DNA of 63,591 nucleotides, counting the filler, from Folioceros fuciformis (Eukaryota), in NCBI GenBank assembly GCA_049999805.1. It is 30 parts of 30 records of this genome, joined end to end, with 100 filler letters (N's around TTAATTAATTAA, not from the genome) between each part and the next. Parts side by side here need not be neighbours in the genome. Positions count along the whole stretch, not along the records: positions 27,155 to 29,273 come from JBNGIO010007059.1; positions 29,374 to 30,638 come from JBNGIO010007060.1; positions 30,739 to 32,431 come from JBNGIO010007061.1; positions 32,532 to 33,717 come from JBNGIO010007062.1; positions 33,818 to 35,543 come from JBNGIO010007064.1; positions 35,644 to 38,959 come from JBNGIO010007065.1; positions 39,060 to 40,337 come from JBNGIO010007066.1; 23 more parts are not named here. One strand, written 5' to 3'. Positions 27,719 to 39,275 of this stretch are shown here, piece by piece. The notes under the pieces are model-generated. The model did not search any database, had not been told where the DNA came from, and saw only the letters and a program-made list of their open reading frames with translations. Position 1 is the stretch's first letter. Each line of letters begins with the position of its first letter. A program made the position numbers and the translations under genes.

Positions 27719-29150
27719 TCATCCCCATTTCACGATTGCAGATCCCCAGGTGAGCCCGGCTCCGAAGCCTGCTGTGCACACCACGTGGCCAGGCTTGACG
27801 CGCCCGCTCCTCACAGCCTCGTCCAGGGCCAGAGGGATGGATGCAGCGCTGGTGTTGCCGTAGTTGCTCAGGTTGGAGATGACGCGGTCCGAGGATATTC
27901 CAATGCGGTCAGCAACGGAGTCCAGAATCCGCTGGTTTGCCTGGGAGACAACAAAGTCATAGGGAGGGGAGAAGGTGAGGTGGGTCGCAAAGAGAAAGAA
28001 AGCCAGGGGGTGGACAAGGTTTGGGAGAGAAAGACGCAAGCAACAACGATGGCACGAACGGAAGCGAGAAGAATGGATGACAGGAGCACCTGGTGGAGGA
28101 GGAGCCAGTCCACGTTCGCGCCCGTGAGGCCGGCTTCCAAGAGAGCTCCTTCCACCACCTGTGGAACCATGCGTACAGCAAATTTGAAAACCTCCTGCCC
28201 GTTCATTTGGAGGCACGAGTGCTCTGCCTTTGCCGGGAGCCTAGCAGATCCGTTGCTGAGGGCTCCGTTCGGAACGGGGGATTCGGCTGCTTCTAGACGG
28301 ACCTGCAAATGCCTGCACAGGCGATAGCAAGCCATGAGAGAGTTCACCCATGACTCAGGTACACTTGCAAGTGCTGTGATGGCACACACTCACTTTTGCC
28401 CATTTCCATCACTGCGTAGGTCGAATCCGAGTAAGCTGTCAGTGTCGTCGTCAGCCACCTGGAAAACGGAGATACCAGCCAGGTAGTGCTAAGACAAGCA
28501 TCCATCAGAGCAGCAACAATGGAGCGGATAACCCTAAACACATACAAACCTGGAGCAGCACAGCACCAGAGGCATCACCAAATAGGATGCAGGTCCCACG
28601 ATCAGTCCAGTCCACATATCTGGACAGTGCATCAGCACCGATCACAAGCACGTTGTTATAACCCCCTCCTGCAGCACATGCCAAACTCCATCGTCAACAC
28701 TTGCTGCCAAGCAACCGGGCACTGGCTGCACGGCCAGCTGCAGAGGCTGACCTTTGATGAATCTGGTTCCGGTGACAAGGCCTAGCACGAAGCCGCTGCA
28801 GGCAGCAGTTAGGTCAAATGCTGTGGCTTTGGTGCATCCCAGCTCTCTCTGAATCTGGAAGCCAACAGGAGAAGGCATTCATTCAGCACCTTTCAGGACA
28901 CGAAAACACACAGACAAGAAAGAAGGAAAGACAGAAAGAAAGACACAAAGAAACAAGGAAAGAGAACAGGAAGGGAAGAAACAAGCCTAGCTTAGGTAGC
29001 TGCCACACAATACCTGACAGGCACTGCCGAAAAGATCGTCAGGAGTGCTGGTGCAAAGAATGACTAAATCCACATCCTCAGGCTGGACGTTGGCCATCTC
29101 CAGAGCTTTCCGGCCCGACTCCACAGACAAGCTGGTGATGGTCTCATTTT
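27719..29150 (-). CDS. KASIII: 3-oxoacyl-ACP synthase III (plastid KAS III/FabH), 5'-truncated
   Basis: Catalytic triad motifs [22 protein letters not shown] and [13 protein letters not shown], plus [24 protein letters not shown] and [12 protein letters not shown]. Introns are GT-AG. Confidence 0.96.
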
Positions 29151-30849
29151 CTGCAGCCAACAAGCAGGCATGCCCCGCGGGGCGAGGTGAGATCCCCCTC
29201 CCTCTCTCTTCCCCCTCTTCCCGCCAAAACCAGAAACAGGCCGTGCAGCGCATGCAAGGCGCGAGCGTGCATCNNNNNNNNNNNNNNNNNNNNNNNNNNN
29301 NNNNNNNNNNNNNNNNNTTAATTAATTAANNNNNNNNNNNNNNNNNNNNNNNNNNNNNNNNNNNNNNNNNNNNTATTAGACCTGTCTCGTTTCCGCTTCC
29401 CCTATGCAGCCTACCCTCTCGCCCATCTCCTGCCACTGAGATAAGGTTGGGTCCAACTTCGCCAACGTCAACTCCCAAGTTTCATCACCTGCCCTAAAAT
29501 ACAAACGCAGTCAGAACATATTCCATTCAAATGTCAACCACCCACCGTCCAGCAACCAAATTCATGGTTCCTCTTCCCACCCACATAACTTGCAATCACA
29601 TTTATGAATCTTGTTTCAAAGGGTTCACAATTCATATAGTACAGCTAGATGTCAATCACCTTATTGAAATTCTGCCAAGACATTAGTTGGTTAGTACTAC
29701 ATTTTGAACAACAACATCTTGGACGACACCTTTTGGAGATCCACTCTCTCTTTCGTACAATATAGGGTCCTGATATGGTCAAGAAGGCCGCACGTGGGTC
29801 CTACTCTGACCAAGAAGATTGCACGTACCCCTTCTACCACACACGCTTCGTAGAAATAGAAGCCTCAAATAACCAAGGACAAAGGCCGTAAGAGCCAAGT
29901 ACGAAGATTGATTCTTCCTTTCGTCCCTTCCATGTTCACAACCTTTGTTTCGTCTAATGGTAGTTCAACTACATTGATCATTTGTTGTCGGCAGCTTACC
30001 TTCCTATGTAGATAGGTTGAAGTGGTCGCATGGTGGGTTGAGATGAGCCCTTTTGGTTGCTTCCTTAGAATTCAGGGTACAAGAAGGGTTGGCCTCAGGT
30101 GTTGCCAAGAACCCTTGGCAACAGACTAGAAAGTTTGTTGGGGATAGGGTTCAACTACCCTAGTAAAGAATAACTGCTTCTAATCTAGGTCAGTAAAAGT
30201 CCAACTAACTATTCAAGGTTAAACAGATCAGGAATTAACCTATGGGTTTAAGGTAAAGGTAAAAGTAAAGGCCTCGAAAGAACGCATTTCCGGTCACTCC
30301 ATTCCGTTCGTCTCCACAGGACAGGACTGGTTGTGGGGGTCCCCTAGGCGGCGGCGGTATTAATGTATTCGATGCTAAATTTAATACATTAGTAGTACAA
30401 TCCTTCAAATCTATCTACAAGTTGAATTTACTTTATTCTTGATGTATGTATATACATATATATTCCATACCAAATTTAAAAATCGATATTTGTATATCCA
30501 CACTAATAAATATTAAATAATAAATCATTGGAAACTAGAGAAACTTTAACCTTACTTTAGTTTGGAGGTGTAATAAGTAAAATCTAGATACACTTATCAC
30601 TTTCTATAGTAATTTATTTAGAAGAGTATATATTATTCNNNNNNNNNNNNNNNNNNNNNNNNNNNNNNNNNNNNNNNNNNNNTTAATTAATTAANNNNNN
30701 NNNNNNNNNNNNNNNNNNNNNNNNNNNNNNNNNNNNNNGGGTAGAGGTGGGGTAGCGTTGCATGTCAAAACATAAAAATATACAAGACACCCAAAATCTT
30801 CAGTTTTGATCAATGAGTTGTTGTGCATGTTTCACATGGTTAAGTTGCA

Positions 30850-32330
30850 AGAATGTGGGGGGGAGGACATGAACTTGATCCTAGGTATGAATTCACGGTG
30901 TTGGGAAATTTGTTGGGTGAAGATACTTATAAGTTTTATTTGAAAAGTTTTATCGACCAGGTAGTAACCAGTAAGCATGCTCAGCTTGTAAAGGAGTTTT
31001 TCAAACAATTGGAGATGATGTTCCCATCAGTGAATGCCATAAAGATAGAAGAGTTAGCAAATCTGAAAAGAAAACCTGATGAGACTGTGCTTATATTTTA
31101 CAATTGAACTAGTTAGTTGTTGATGGACATGGGGATGCATAATGAAATGGAAGTCTATTTCACATATGTTTGTAATTTGGATAAGGACATTAGGGAGCTT
31201 ACATCATTGCATGGAAAAACATATACGGTAGAGCAAGTTTTCCCAAGTGCGAAGAAGCATGAGCAGGTCAAGGCACTATTGAAAGCTATGGGTAGGAAGG
31301 TTGGGGTGGATAGAAGAGGAGGTTCATTCTCTACAGTAGCACCTTGGCACAATTATTTACCTAGATGGAGACCAGGTTGGCAGCAGCAACTAAATGCTAG
31401 AAGAACGAATAATAGATATATGAAGCTTGTGTTGAATGTGGAATCAAACAAGGGGGTCAATTGTTTGCGGCGTGCAAGTGGTACGCATGTGATGATGGAG
31501 TGCATGGTAAGTTGTAATCATTGAGGAAAAAGGGGACATTTGGAAAGGGTGTGTTGGCAGAAGCACCTGTCTCTTAGACCCATTAAATTTGCACAGAAGG
31601 GAAATAATATTAAAAGTATTAGACAGGTGCAGAAGGCTGGAGGTAGCCGAGCAGTGGGGACATGTGTAGAATCGGCAGGTAGTCGTATGGAAAAGTCCCA
31701 CAGGATGTTAGAATTGCATATATCATATTTGAAAGCTGAAATAGACAGATTAAAGGTTGCTAGTATTTAGAGTAGCGGGGTTGAAATCAAGGAGGTTAAA
31801 GCTGTAGAAAAAAAAAAAAAAGGGACGATTGACCAGGAGGAGGCTTATAGAGAATTTCAATTGGATGCTTTTGTGTGTGATATACAGTGTGAGAAAGCTG
31901 TAAATGTGAGGGTCATGCGGAAGAAAGTCAGCACAAGGAGCGGAGACAAGGGCATGGACCATGGAAGGACGAGTGCTTCAAGGTGGAAATATCCTGAGTT
32001 ATTGGAGGTTATGGATGTGGATCTGAACAACTTGAGTACGAAGGCAAGAGAGAAAGCTATGAGAGTGTTGGATCAGCAAGGGGGTGAAAGGAGATTTGAT
32101 GTTTTGTGTTCGAAGTTTGTTGGAGTTGTGTGTTGAAGGTAGAATAGTGGAAGCAAAAAATCGAGATCTTTTGCAGGATGTTTCTGTTCTTCAATGTAAT
32201 GATAAAGTTGGCATAAGTAAAATTGTGGCATTGTGTGTAGACAATAATTCAAGAGGTTGTGTGAACAGAGAACGAAAGTTAAGCTGGGAATTGTGTTTTT
32301 AGATAATAGCAAGCATGATTTCTGGATAGA
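30850..32330 (+). mobile_element. Decayed gag-like retroelement sequence
   Basis: Broken ORFs with many stops. Zinc-knuckle remnant CNH*GKRGHLERVCW (Cx2Cx4Hx4C, second Cys now TGA) at about 31513-31557. Confidence 0.6.
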
Positions 32331-32531
32331 GGGCTTTGCGCCACCAAGAGTGTTGATTGATTCATGAGCTCAACCCACTCTGATACACATTAGTACAACG
32401 TATGCAATGGGTTTGAGGAGAAAGGATATACNNNNNNNNNNNNNNNNNNNNNNNNNNNNNNNNNNNNNNNNNNNNTTAATTAATTAANNNNNNNNNNNNN
32501 NNNNNNNNNNNNNNNNNNNNNNNNNNNNNNN

Positions 32532-33560
32532 CATGGAAGGAGAGGACAATGAGATGGCTCTCCAAATTCCTGTTAGGGTTTAGTTAACCCTTGGTTAGTT
32601 AACCTCATAGGTTAGGCTAGTTAGTTTAACCTAGGGTTTACTTAAGACTATATAAGACTATTGTTTATTGAACATTTTTACTTTTGATATACAACATTCT
32701 TTTTGTGTTCTATGTCAGAAGGTTTAGTATCATGGTATCAGAGCACAGTTTGATGCTCTGAGTCTTCCGTTGTAATCTATCCACTTTAGACACAATGTGC
32801 TATGCACAGCGAGTGAAGGAAGGGTTTTCAGCCTACCTCCACCTTCACGAAATATGAAGGTAGAGATTGGCTGAAAATTCTTCTCCGCCAGCCTGCGCAG
32901 AGCACTTTTAGTGTTTATAATGGATCTGAGCAGCCTATTCCTTAACTATCCACTACTCTGAAATGCCTCGGAAAAATAGAAACAGGTATCATGTACCCAA
33001 TGTTGGGGAAAACATCCCTTCTCTAGATTTTTCTAGGCTACAGGGTTTGTCATGTCTTAGCCCTTCCTCTTCTTTAAGATAGTCTTCGAGTAGCGGTGAG
33101 TCGAGTAGGAAAAGTAACACCTGTGACCACCATTCAAGATATCAGTATTTTAACAGGAAGTCAAGCATCGATTTTGACAAGAAATTCAATGACAGATAGA
33201 AGGAGATTGAGGCTCTTTTGCAGCGAGTCTCTTCCAACACAGGAATTGGGCTGTTCGTCATCAAATCAGCACTTGAACAAGTTACAGTGGCCTTGCAACA
33301 GTTTTTGTCAGTGATTACAACTCTTCTTGGAGTTCATGGCGATTCTGGAGAAGGAACACATGATTATTCAGTTCGCACATCTGTGGCTGCCCTATATGTG
33401 CCATCAATGATCCTACCTAAGGCTCCGTCTTAGGAGAATGGTGGATCAGTGCATTACTGATTTTTTGCATGAGTGGAATTCACAGATCTTCTACGCCTGT
33501 CTGTGAAGCTTCTTGTTCAGTAAATTCAGGCGAACATTCGTGAGAAAAACAGTTGATAGG
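32532..33560 (+). mobile_element. 5' LTR end, primer-binding site and decayed leader/gag of an LTR retrotransposon
   Basis: TATATAA at about 32649. The LTR-like segment ends CA at 32732 and is immediately followed by TGGTATCAGAGC (32733-32744), the classic tRNA-iMet primer-binding site. Confidence 0.8.
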
Positions 33561-33566
33561 TGTCAG

Positions 33567-33717
33567 ACCTGTAGAGCTCCAGGTGTCTACAGCCCATAGG
33601 TCTATTCCCTCCACGTCCACCTGTAGAGCTCCAGGTGTCTACAGCCCATAGGTCTATTCCCTCCACGTCCACCTGTAGAGCTCCAGGTGTCTACAGCCCA
33701 TAGGTCTATTCCCTCCA
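33567..33717. repeat. Perfect 52-bp tandem repeat (about 2.9 copies, cut by contig end)
   Basis: Unit ACCTGTAGAGCTCCAGGTGTCTACAGCCCATAGGTCTATTCCCTCCACGTCC starts at 33567, 33619 and 33671. Confidence 0.95.
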
Positions 33718-33817
33718 NNNNNNNNNNNNNNNNNNNNNNNNNNNNNNNNNNNNNNNNNNNNTTAATTAATTAANNNNNNNNNNNNNNNNNNNNNNNNNNN
33801 NNNNNNNNNNNNNNNNN

Positions 33818-34125
33818 ACCCCGGGCCCCATGAGCTCCTCGTCTATGGCCTGCGCCTCCGCCTGCCCCAGATACGTTAGGGTTTCCGGGTGATGCACATG
33901 CTGCAGCACATCCACGGCGGCGGCCATCGCTGCACCTCCTCCTCCCTTACCACCGGCCCCAGACGTCACGACAGAGCCGGAAAACAGCCGCTTCCGCTCG
34001 CATGTACCCCGCGCCGACCGCAGCACGACCTCGATCCACCTCGGTGGCTCGCTTCCCTTGATCAGGGCCCTGCATGCCAGCCGCTGCAGCCGAATACAGG
34101 GCACGGCCCGCGCTGCCGCCAGCAT
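33818..34125 (-). CDS. PDX3: N-terminus of NAD(P)HX epimerase (YjeF_N), in plants normally fused to pyridoxine/pyridoxamine 5'-phosphate oxidase; 3'-truncated
   Basis: Arg-rich organellar presequence MLAAARAVPCIRLQRL..., then LTYLGQAEAQAIDEELMGP, the typical YjeF_N start. The oxidase domain lies outside the contig. Confidence 0.75.
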
Positions 34126-34903
34126 CCTTGTCCTCCCGAAGTCCAAGTGAACAAAACCATGGCGCGGACGGTCCACGCGCCGCCACACCAGCCAGCGTCG
34201 CGCACAACCAGGTGGACAGCATATAGCTGGAAAGCGGAACGTGAAGCCGAATGAGAAGTGGACGAGAACAGGAGAGAGGATGTGGAAGGCTAGACAGAAG
34301 ATGATACAAAGAGGGGATGGTTTCACGCTCGTCCCAAAATGCAAAAAAAGCTCGGAGATGCAGAGAGAGGATGGTGAAGGAAGTGGCAGGCGGTGGTGGT
34401 GGTTACTTGGATGCCTGGCCTCTCGTCCTATCCGGCGACGGAGAGAAAGGAGGTGCAGTCGGTGACCGTTTCAAGCTCTCTGTCTCCAATCCAAACTGCA
34501 ATCCAATCGTGGCCTGTAGAATGCTACCTGGGGCCTGGGGAGCAGGTGTGTGCAGATCTGCGCTTTCATGAAGGTATGGACATATTGGAAAGACATTAAA
34601 ATAGTTTTTATATAATAAAATAACGTTGCGTGATGTGCGCAGGAGGGCACGGCAGGGCAGGCGTGACAAAGGGAGACCTACCACACAGACCTACATAACA
34701 TACCGGCCGCAAGCGCCGCCGGCCGCCTTGCGAGAGCCGGGGAGCCACATCTTGTGGCGGCTGTGATACGCGTCTCAAACTGGGGAGTGATGGGCGGGAA
34801 GATGGAGCAGGTTGGCAGCCGCATTAGGCGTGTGTGGGATATGCGGCCGCTTGGAGGGGCGGCAGGGGAGCAGAAGGAATGAGCTTGGCACGGGCGCGAT
34901 GCG

Positions 34904-35543
34904 ATGGCGATGGCGGCGGCGACGGCGCTGGCTGATAAGAACGAGCTCATCCTGCAGGCGGTGCAGGGGAATGAAGCGAGCATCAGGGAGTTGCTGGCTC
35001 TGCAGTGCAAGCAGCTCATAGCTCTGCTGTGCGAGGTGACGGGGCAGCATAAGGCGTACCTAGGGCAGTCGAAGAGGAAATTGACGGAACAGATCATACG
35101 CGCGGCGGCGCAGCGGGAGGGCATCAAGCTTGAGGGCAGACCGTGCATCCCGTACCCGGACCCGCCGCCAGCGCCGGTCCGGGAGGGGCCGCAGCCTAGG
35201 AAGCGGACCAAGCTCGCGCGGTTGGCCCCGTTGGCTAACCCGCCGCCCGGGCCCGGGGAGGTTCACGGCGGGGGAGTGGTGTGCCGGAACGTGGCCTGCC
35301 GGGCCGCCGTGAGGTCGGAGGAGAGCTTCTGCAGACGCTGCTCCTGCTGCATTTGCAGAAAATTCGATGAGAACAAGGACCCTAGCCTCTGGGTGGTGTG
35401 CGGGGATGACTCTCTCGACCCCGGCCGTGGGAGCGGCTGTGGCTGTAGTAGCCACATTGAGTGTGCGCTCGGGGCGCAGGTGGCCGGGGTTTCTGTGGAG
35501 TCCGGGTCGCCGTGGAAGCTGGACGCGGGGTACAGTTGTCTGC
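34904..35543 (+). CDS. VIL: VIN3-like (VIL/VEL) PHD-finger protein, N-terminal part, 3'-truncated
   Basis: N-terminal LLCEVTGQHKAYLGQSKRKL and PHD CRNVACRA...FCRRCSCCICRKFDENKDPSLWVVC...CGCSSHIECAL...LDAGYSC. Confidence 0.9.
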
Positions 35544-35643
35544 NNNNNNNNNNNNNNNNNNNNNNNNNNNNNNNNNNNNNNNNNNNNTTAATTAATTAAN
35601 NNNNNNNNNNNNNNNNNNNNNNNNNNNNNNNNNNNNNNNNNNN

Positions 35644-38186
35644 GGATGATGAAAAGGAGCAAAGCCAGGGCTTCAGGGGAAAGGAACACACAAGCAACAT
35701 AGATCACATTTCTGAATCGATTGTTTGAGTCTGGACTCCAATCAAAGCTCGGCTCCTCCTTTCGCTTAGACCACATTGAACTGGCCACCAAACACCAACC
35801 AGATCCTCAGATAACCACCATCAAAGGCGCTGGGCAGTCCAGCATTACAAACGACTGCGCAGAAAGCCCGTACCTCCAAAGAACAGCAAAAGCCACTGTC
35901 CAGGCTACTGCAACTACGAATTTAAGGATCATTCGGACCCCAAGAAGCAAGTTTTGAGACGACACCAACTTGTACTGCGTCACGGCGTTTAGTATAGCTG
36001 CAAACAGGAGAAATATAAATGGTAATATCACGCAACTCGCAGCTATTTACTCATTCACTTTAAAACAGATGCACAAGGGTCAGCCAGAACAGATACGTAG
36101 GAAAGAATACCTTGCAGAACTCTTAACCCCGCCCAGGTTATGAAGATGGAAAGAATCCGTGCAATCTGATCTTTTTGTCGCAGCTCCGTCCAAAATTTTT
36201 TGGGCTCGTTTGCATTCCAAGCCAATATGATTGCTGCCTGCATTAAACAGCCCACAGCCACTTGTGAGCTGCAGTAGTTGCTTGGTCCCAGTTTATTGCA
36301 CTGCTGATATCCGAATGACAGAAGCTGGTTCAACAGCATAGCTTAAAACATTGCTGCAGGCCTCCATTCTCACAGACAAACTTAAAGAGGGAATGCCAGC
36401 ATTGGGGTTCGTCATATCCATTAGTCCACACATGTAAGCAGTGGTAACAACTTTGAATAGCCACAACCTGGAGAAAAAGAATCAATCCAATCCAAAGTCG
36501 ATCAAAGCTGCGGTAAATGTTCCAGAACGTCCGCTGCTCCACAAACCCTGTCTTTCCAACCTTCTGGCTTGATGCTGCCTGTGCAGTGTCAGAACATCGT
36601 TCAGGTTGACTCTCACGCCCCAATCCATGGCACCTTTTCGGTAAGAGAATGGATTAGATAAGCTTGAAAAGCACATACACTGCCGGGTCTCACGAAATAG
36701 TTGCTGCTTCCACTAAGCGGCCATCCAACAGTATCAAAGCAACTTTTATCCCTGCAATGAATACGTCTGAGTGTTTCAACACTAAAACCAGCATTGATGG
36801 TCATTTGAGCTTGCGAGGGGGAACAACCAGACCGATCCCAGCTAACTATATTGAGGAAACATCTAATCTAGGCAACGAAACACACCAGAAGTACTCATTC
36901 AGATCATCATAATTTCTCCACGCTGAGTGAGGAACGTTGTTTTTTTTTTTGATCTCAGCTTCCTGTGGATAGGAGATAAGCCGCATCAGACGAAAATGGC
37001 CCTGATTTACCTCGAGAAAGTGACTTCAAACACAAATTGACCCATAGTAAAACCAGGACATGAACGAGTCCGAGTAGTGGCCAGTTGACATTCCGGAACC
37101 ATAGATCTGTCGGTGACGATGCCTTACCGCCTCGGCAATTTGATAGAGCGGTGTCACAACTGTTTTGAGAAAGCCGTCGTTGCAGGAAGCAGGTCTGGCA
37201 ACTCCACCTAAATTTGCATTGATGCGCTCCTCAAGGATATTATGCAACTCCCCAACCATCTGCAACAAGAAAGCACATACAGCGAGAATGGAGCATGAAA
37301 GAAGCAAAGATCCTTGAATGGAAACCGGCGCGCAGGCTTACATTGTGGAAGATAAAACATAGGCACTCCGGCATGAAGCGCAAGTTCGCAGCCTCGCCCC
37401 AAATAAGGAGGTACAAGGCAGTGTACAACAACTGCATTCGGCCATCTGATGCGGCAATCCTAAGAACACAGTGAAGCTGACTTAGAAGCATAAACCACGC
37501 ATGCAGCTGCAAAATCACCTCGGTCAATGGTTAAAAAGCAAAAAAATCGAGCTCACCTCAAATTGTCCTCAATACGCAGAAACCTACACCAGTGAACATA
37601 ATTTTTTGTCACCTTCCGACAAAGCTTAGAGACAACGTCATCTGCGAGCTGCAGGACACACAGGCCATCAATTATGACTTGGAGACTGCGCAGCCAGAGA
37701 CTGAGACTGACGGAGTTGACGGAGTTCTTTACCTTGTCCACCTCAGTCGCCTGTGCCCGCATTTGGTGATTTGCAAGTAAGAGACCTAAATGCTCACGTT
37801 GATTTTCGATATTACCAGACTGCATCAAGAAGTGAGAAATTTCAAGAAACAGTCCGGTAGCACAGATTCGCCCTTTCCTCTAAGCATCAGCGAGTAGACA
37901 ACCCAGACCTGAAAACCAAAGAAGTCGCCGAGCCAATCCAATATATCCATGCCATCTCTCCACTCAATGTTGGGAGGCCTGGGAAGTTTCCCCACCGTTT
38001 GCAGCGCTGCAATCGCAGCCCGGACCTGCAAATCCCAGCAACTCAAATCAGTGGAGTCCAGAATGTCGAACAATCAGAAGCTGCTACATTGATCCTTGAT
38101 CCGGTGATCAGGATTCGAACCTCGGGAAATTGCAGCGCGGGATGATCGGCTAGAGTGTCGTTGATAGGCAAAATATTGTACGCCAT
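35644..38186 (-). CDS. CALS: Callose synthase (GT48), CalS11/12 (GSL1/GSL5)-like N-terminus, 3'-truncated, intron-rich
   Basis: MAYNILPINDTLADHPALQFPE-VRAAIAAL, DILDWLGDFFGFQ, NIENQREHL, LYLLIWGEAANLRFMPECLCFIFHNM, HSAWRNYDDLNEYFW and GKTGFVEQRTFWNIYRSFDRLW. The start codon at 38186 is putative. Confidence 0.93.
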
Positions 38187-39239
38187 GCTTGCCACCTTCA
38201 CCGATCTCAGCAAAAATAGCGGACTTCTCGCTCACGCTTCAGCTCGCCTGCGTCCAGCCTGTGATCCTGCGGCCGACCATCCTAAGGCGCCTAGAATCCA
38301 GACAACAGGGCATGAACATCAGCTGCCTGGCGCTGACTTGACATCTCGAAGACGGCAGCGGACGAGGTGCCAAGGTCAGGTTGCTGGCAAAGACTGTGTT
38401 TGCCGGGAGCGCGTCATTGGGTAACGCTATGCTAAAAACTTAAAAGCGGAAATTTTGTGCTGAAGCTTGCGAGCTACACACTTTTTGGTGACCATGCCCC
38501 CGCTGCTTTGCGCAAGTTGTCCAGGCTCTTGGCGTCCACCCCGCGCTCAGCGAATGGGTACTGAGGCTTGCTACGCAATTTTGTGATCCTGCCCACACTC
38601 CCTTGCAACAGCCTTCCCCAAAAGCGTCTCTCTCCCGCCCAGCGTACAGTGACTGGACCCACCTCCCAGCCGCGTCAACCGTAGTGCCCCTTTGCGAGTA
38701 GGCCGTATCCGTATTCGTATTTGTATCCGTATAGGTGCGGCCATCGGTAATGTCTTCTAAATTGGGTGGACATCGCTTAGTACAAAATGGACAGAGGTTG
38801 TCTTGGGATTAAGCATCTTGTAGTAAAATTGGTACCGACATGAGATCTTTAATTAGTTATTTTTATTATTATTAAAATATGGAAAATTTAGTCTATCTTA
38901 AGACAAGGAGGAACATTTCGGCCGAGTTAAAGGCTAAATATAGTGATGCAGAATAACCCNNNNNNNNNNNNNNNNNNNNNNNNNNNNNNNNNNNNNNNNN
39001 NNNTTAATTAATTAANNNNNNNNNNNNNNNNNNNNNNNNNNNNNNNNNNNNNNNNNNNNCCCATTAAAATATCACCAAAACTGCCCACCGAAACAAAATA
39101 TCCATCCATCGAGCGCCCACTAAATACAAAAAAGAATGCTGCAGCTCCCAACCCGGGCCCCGGCCCTCTGGGGATCAATGAGGGGCTCTGGATGCTTCTG
39201 TTTCTTCGTCTCTGGCTCTGGGGCTCTTGCTGCGGCTTG

Positions 39240-39275
<36 letters not shown>

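Noticed and set aside
38105-38125. GGTTCGAATCC (minus strand) as a tRNA T-loop or B-box
   Set aside because: It spans the callose synthase exon 1/intron 1 junction, and no acceptor, D or anticodon stems can be formed.
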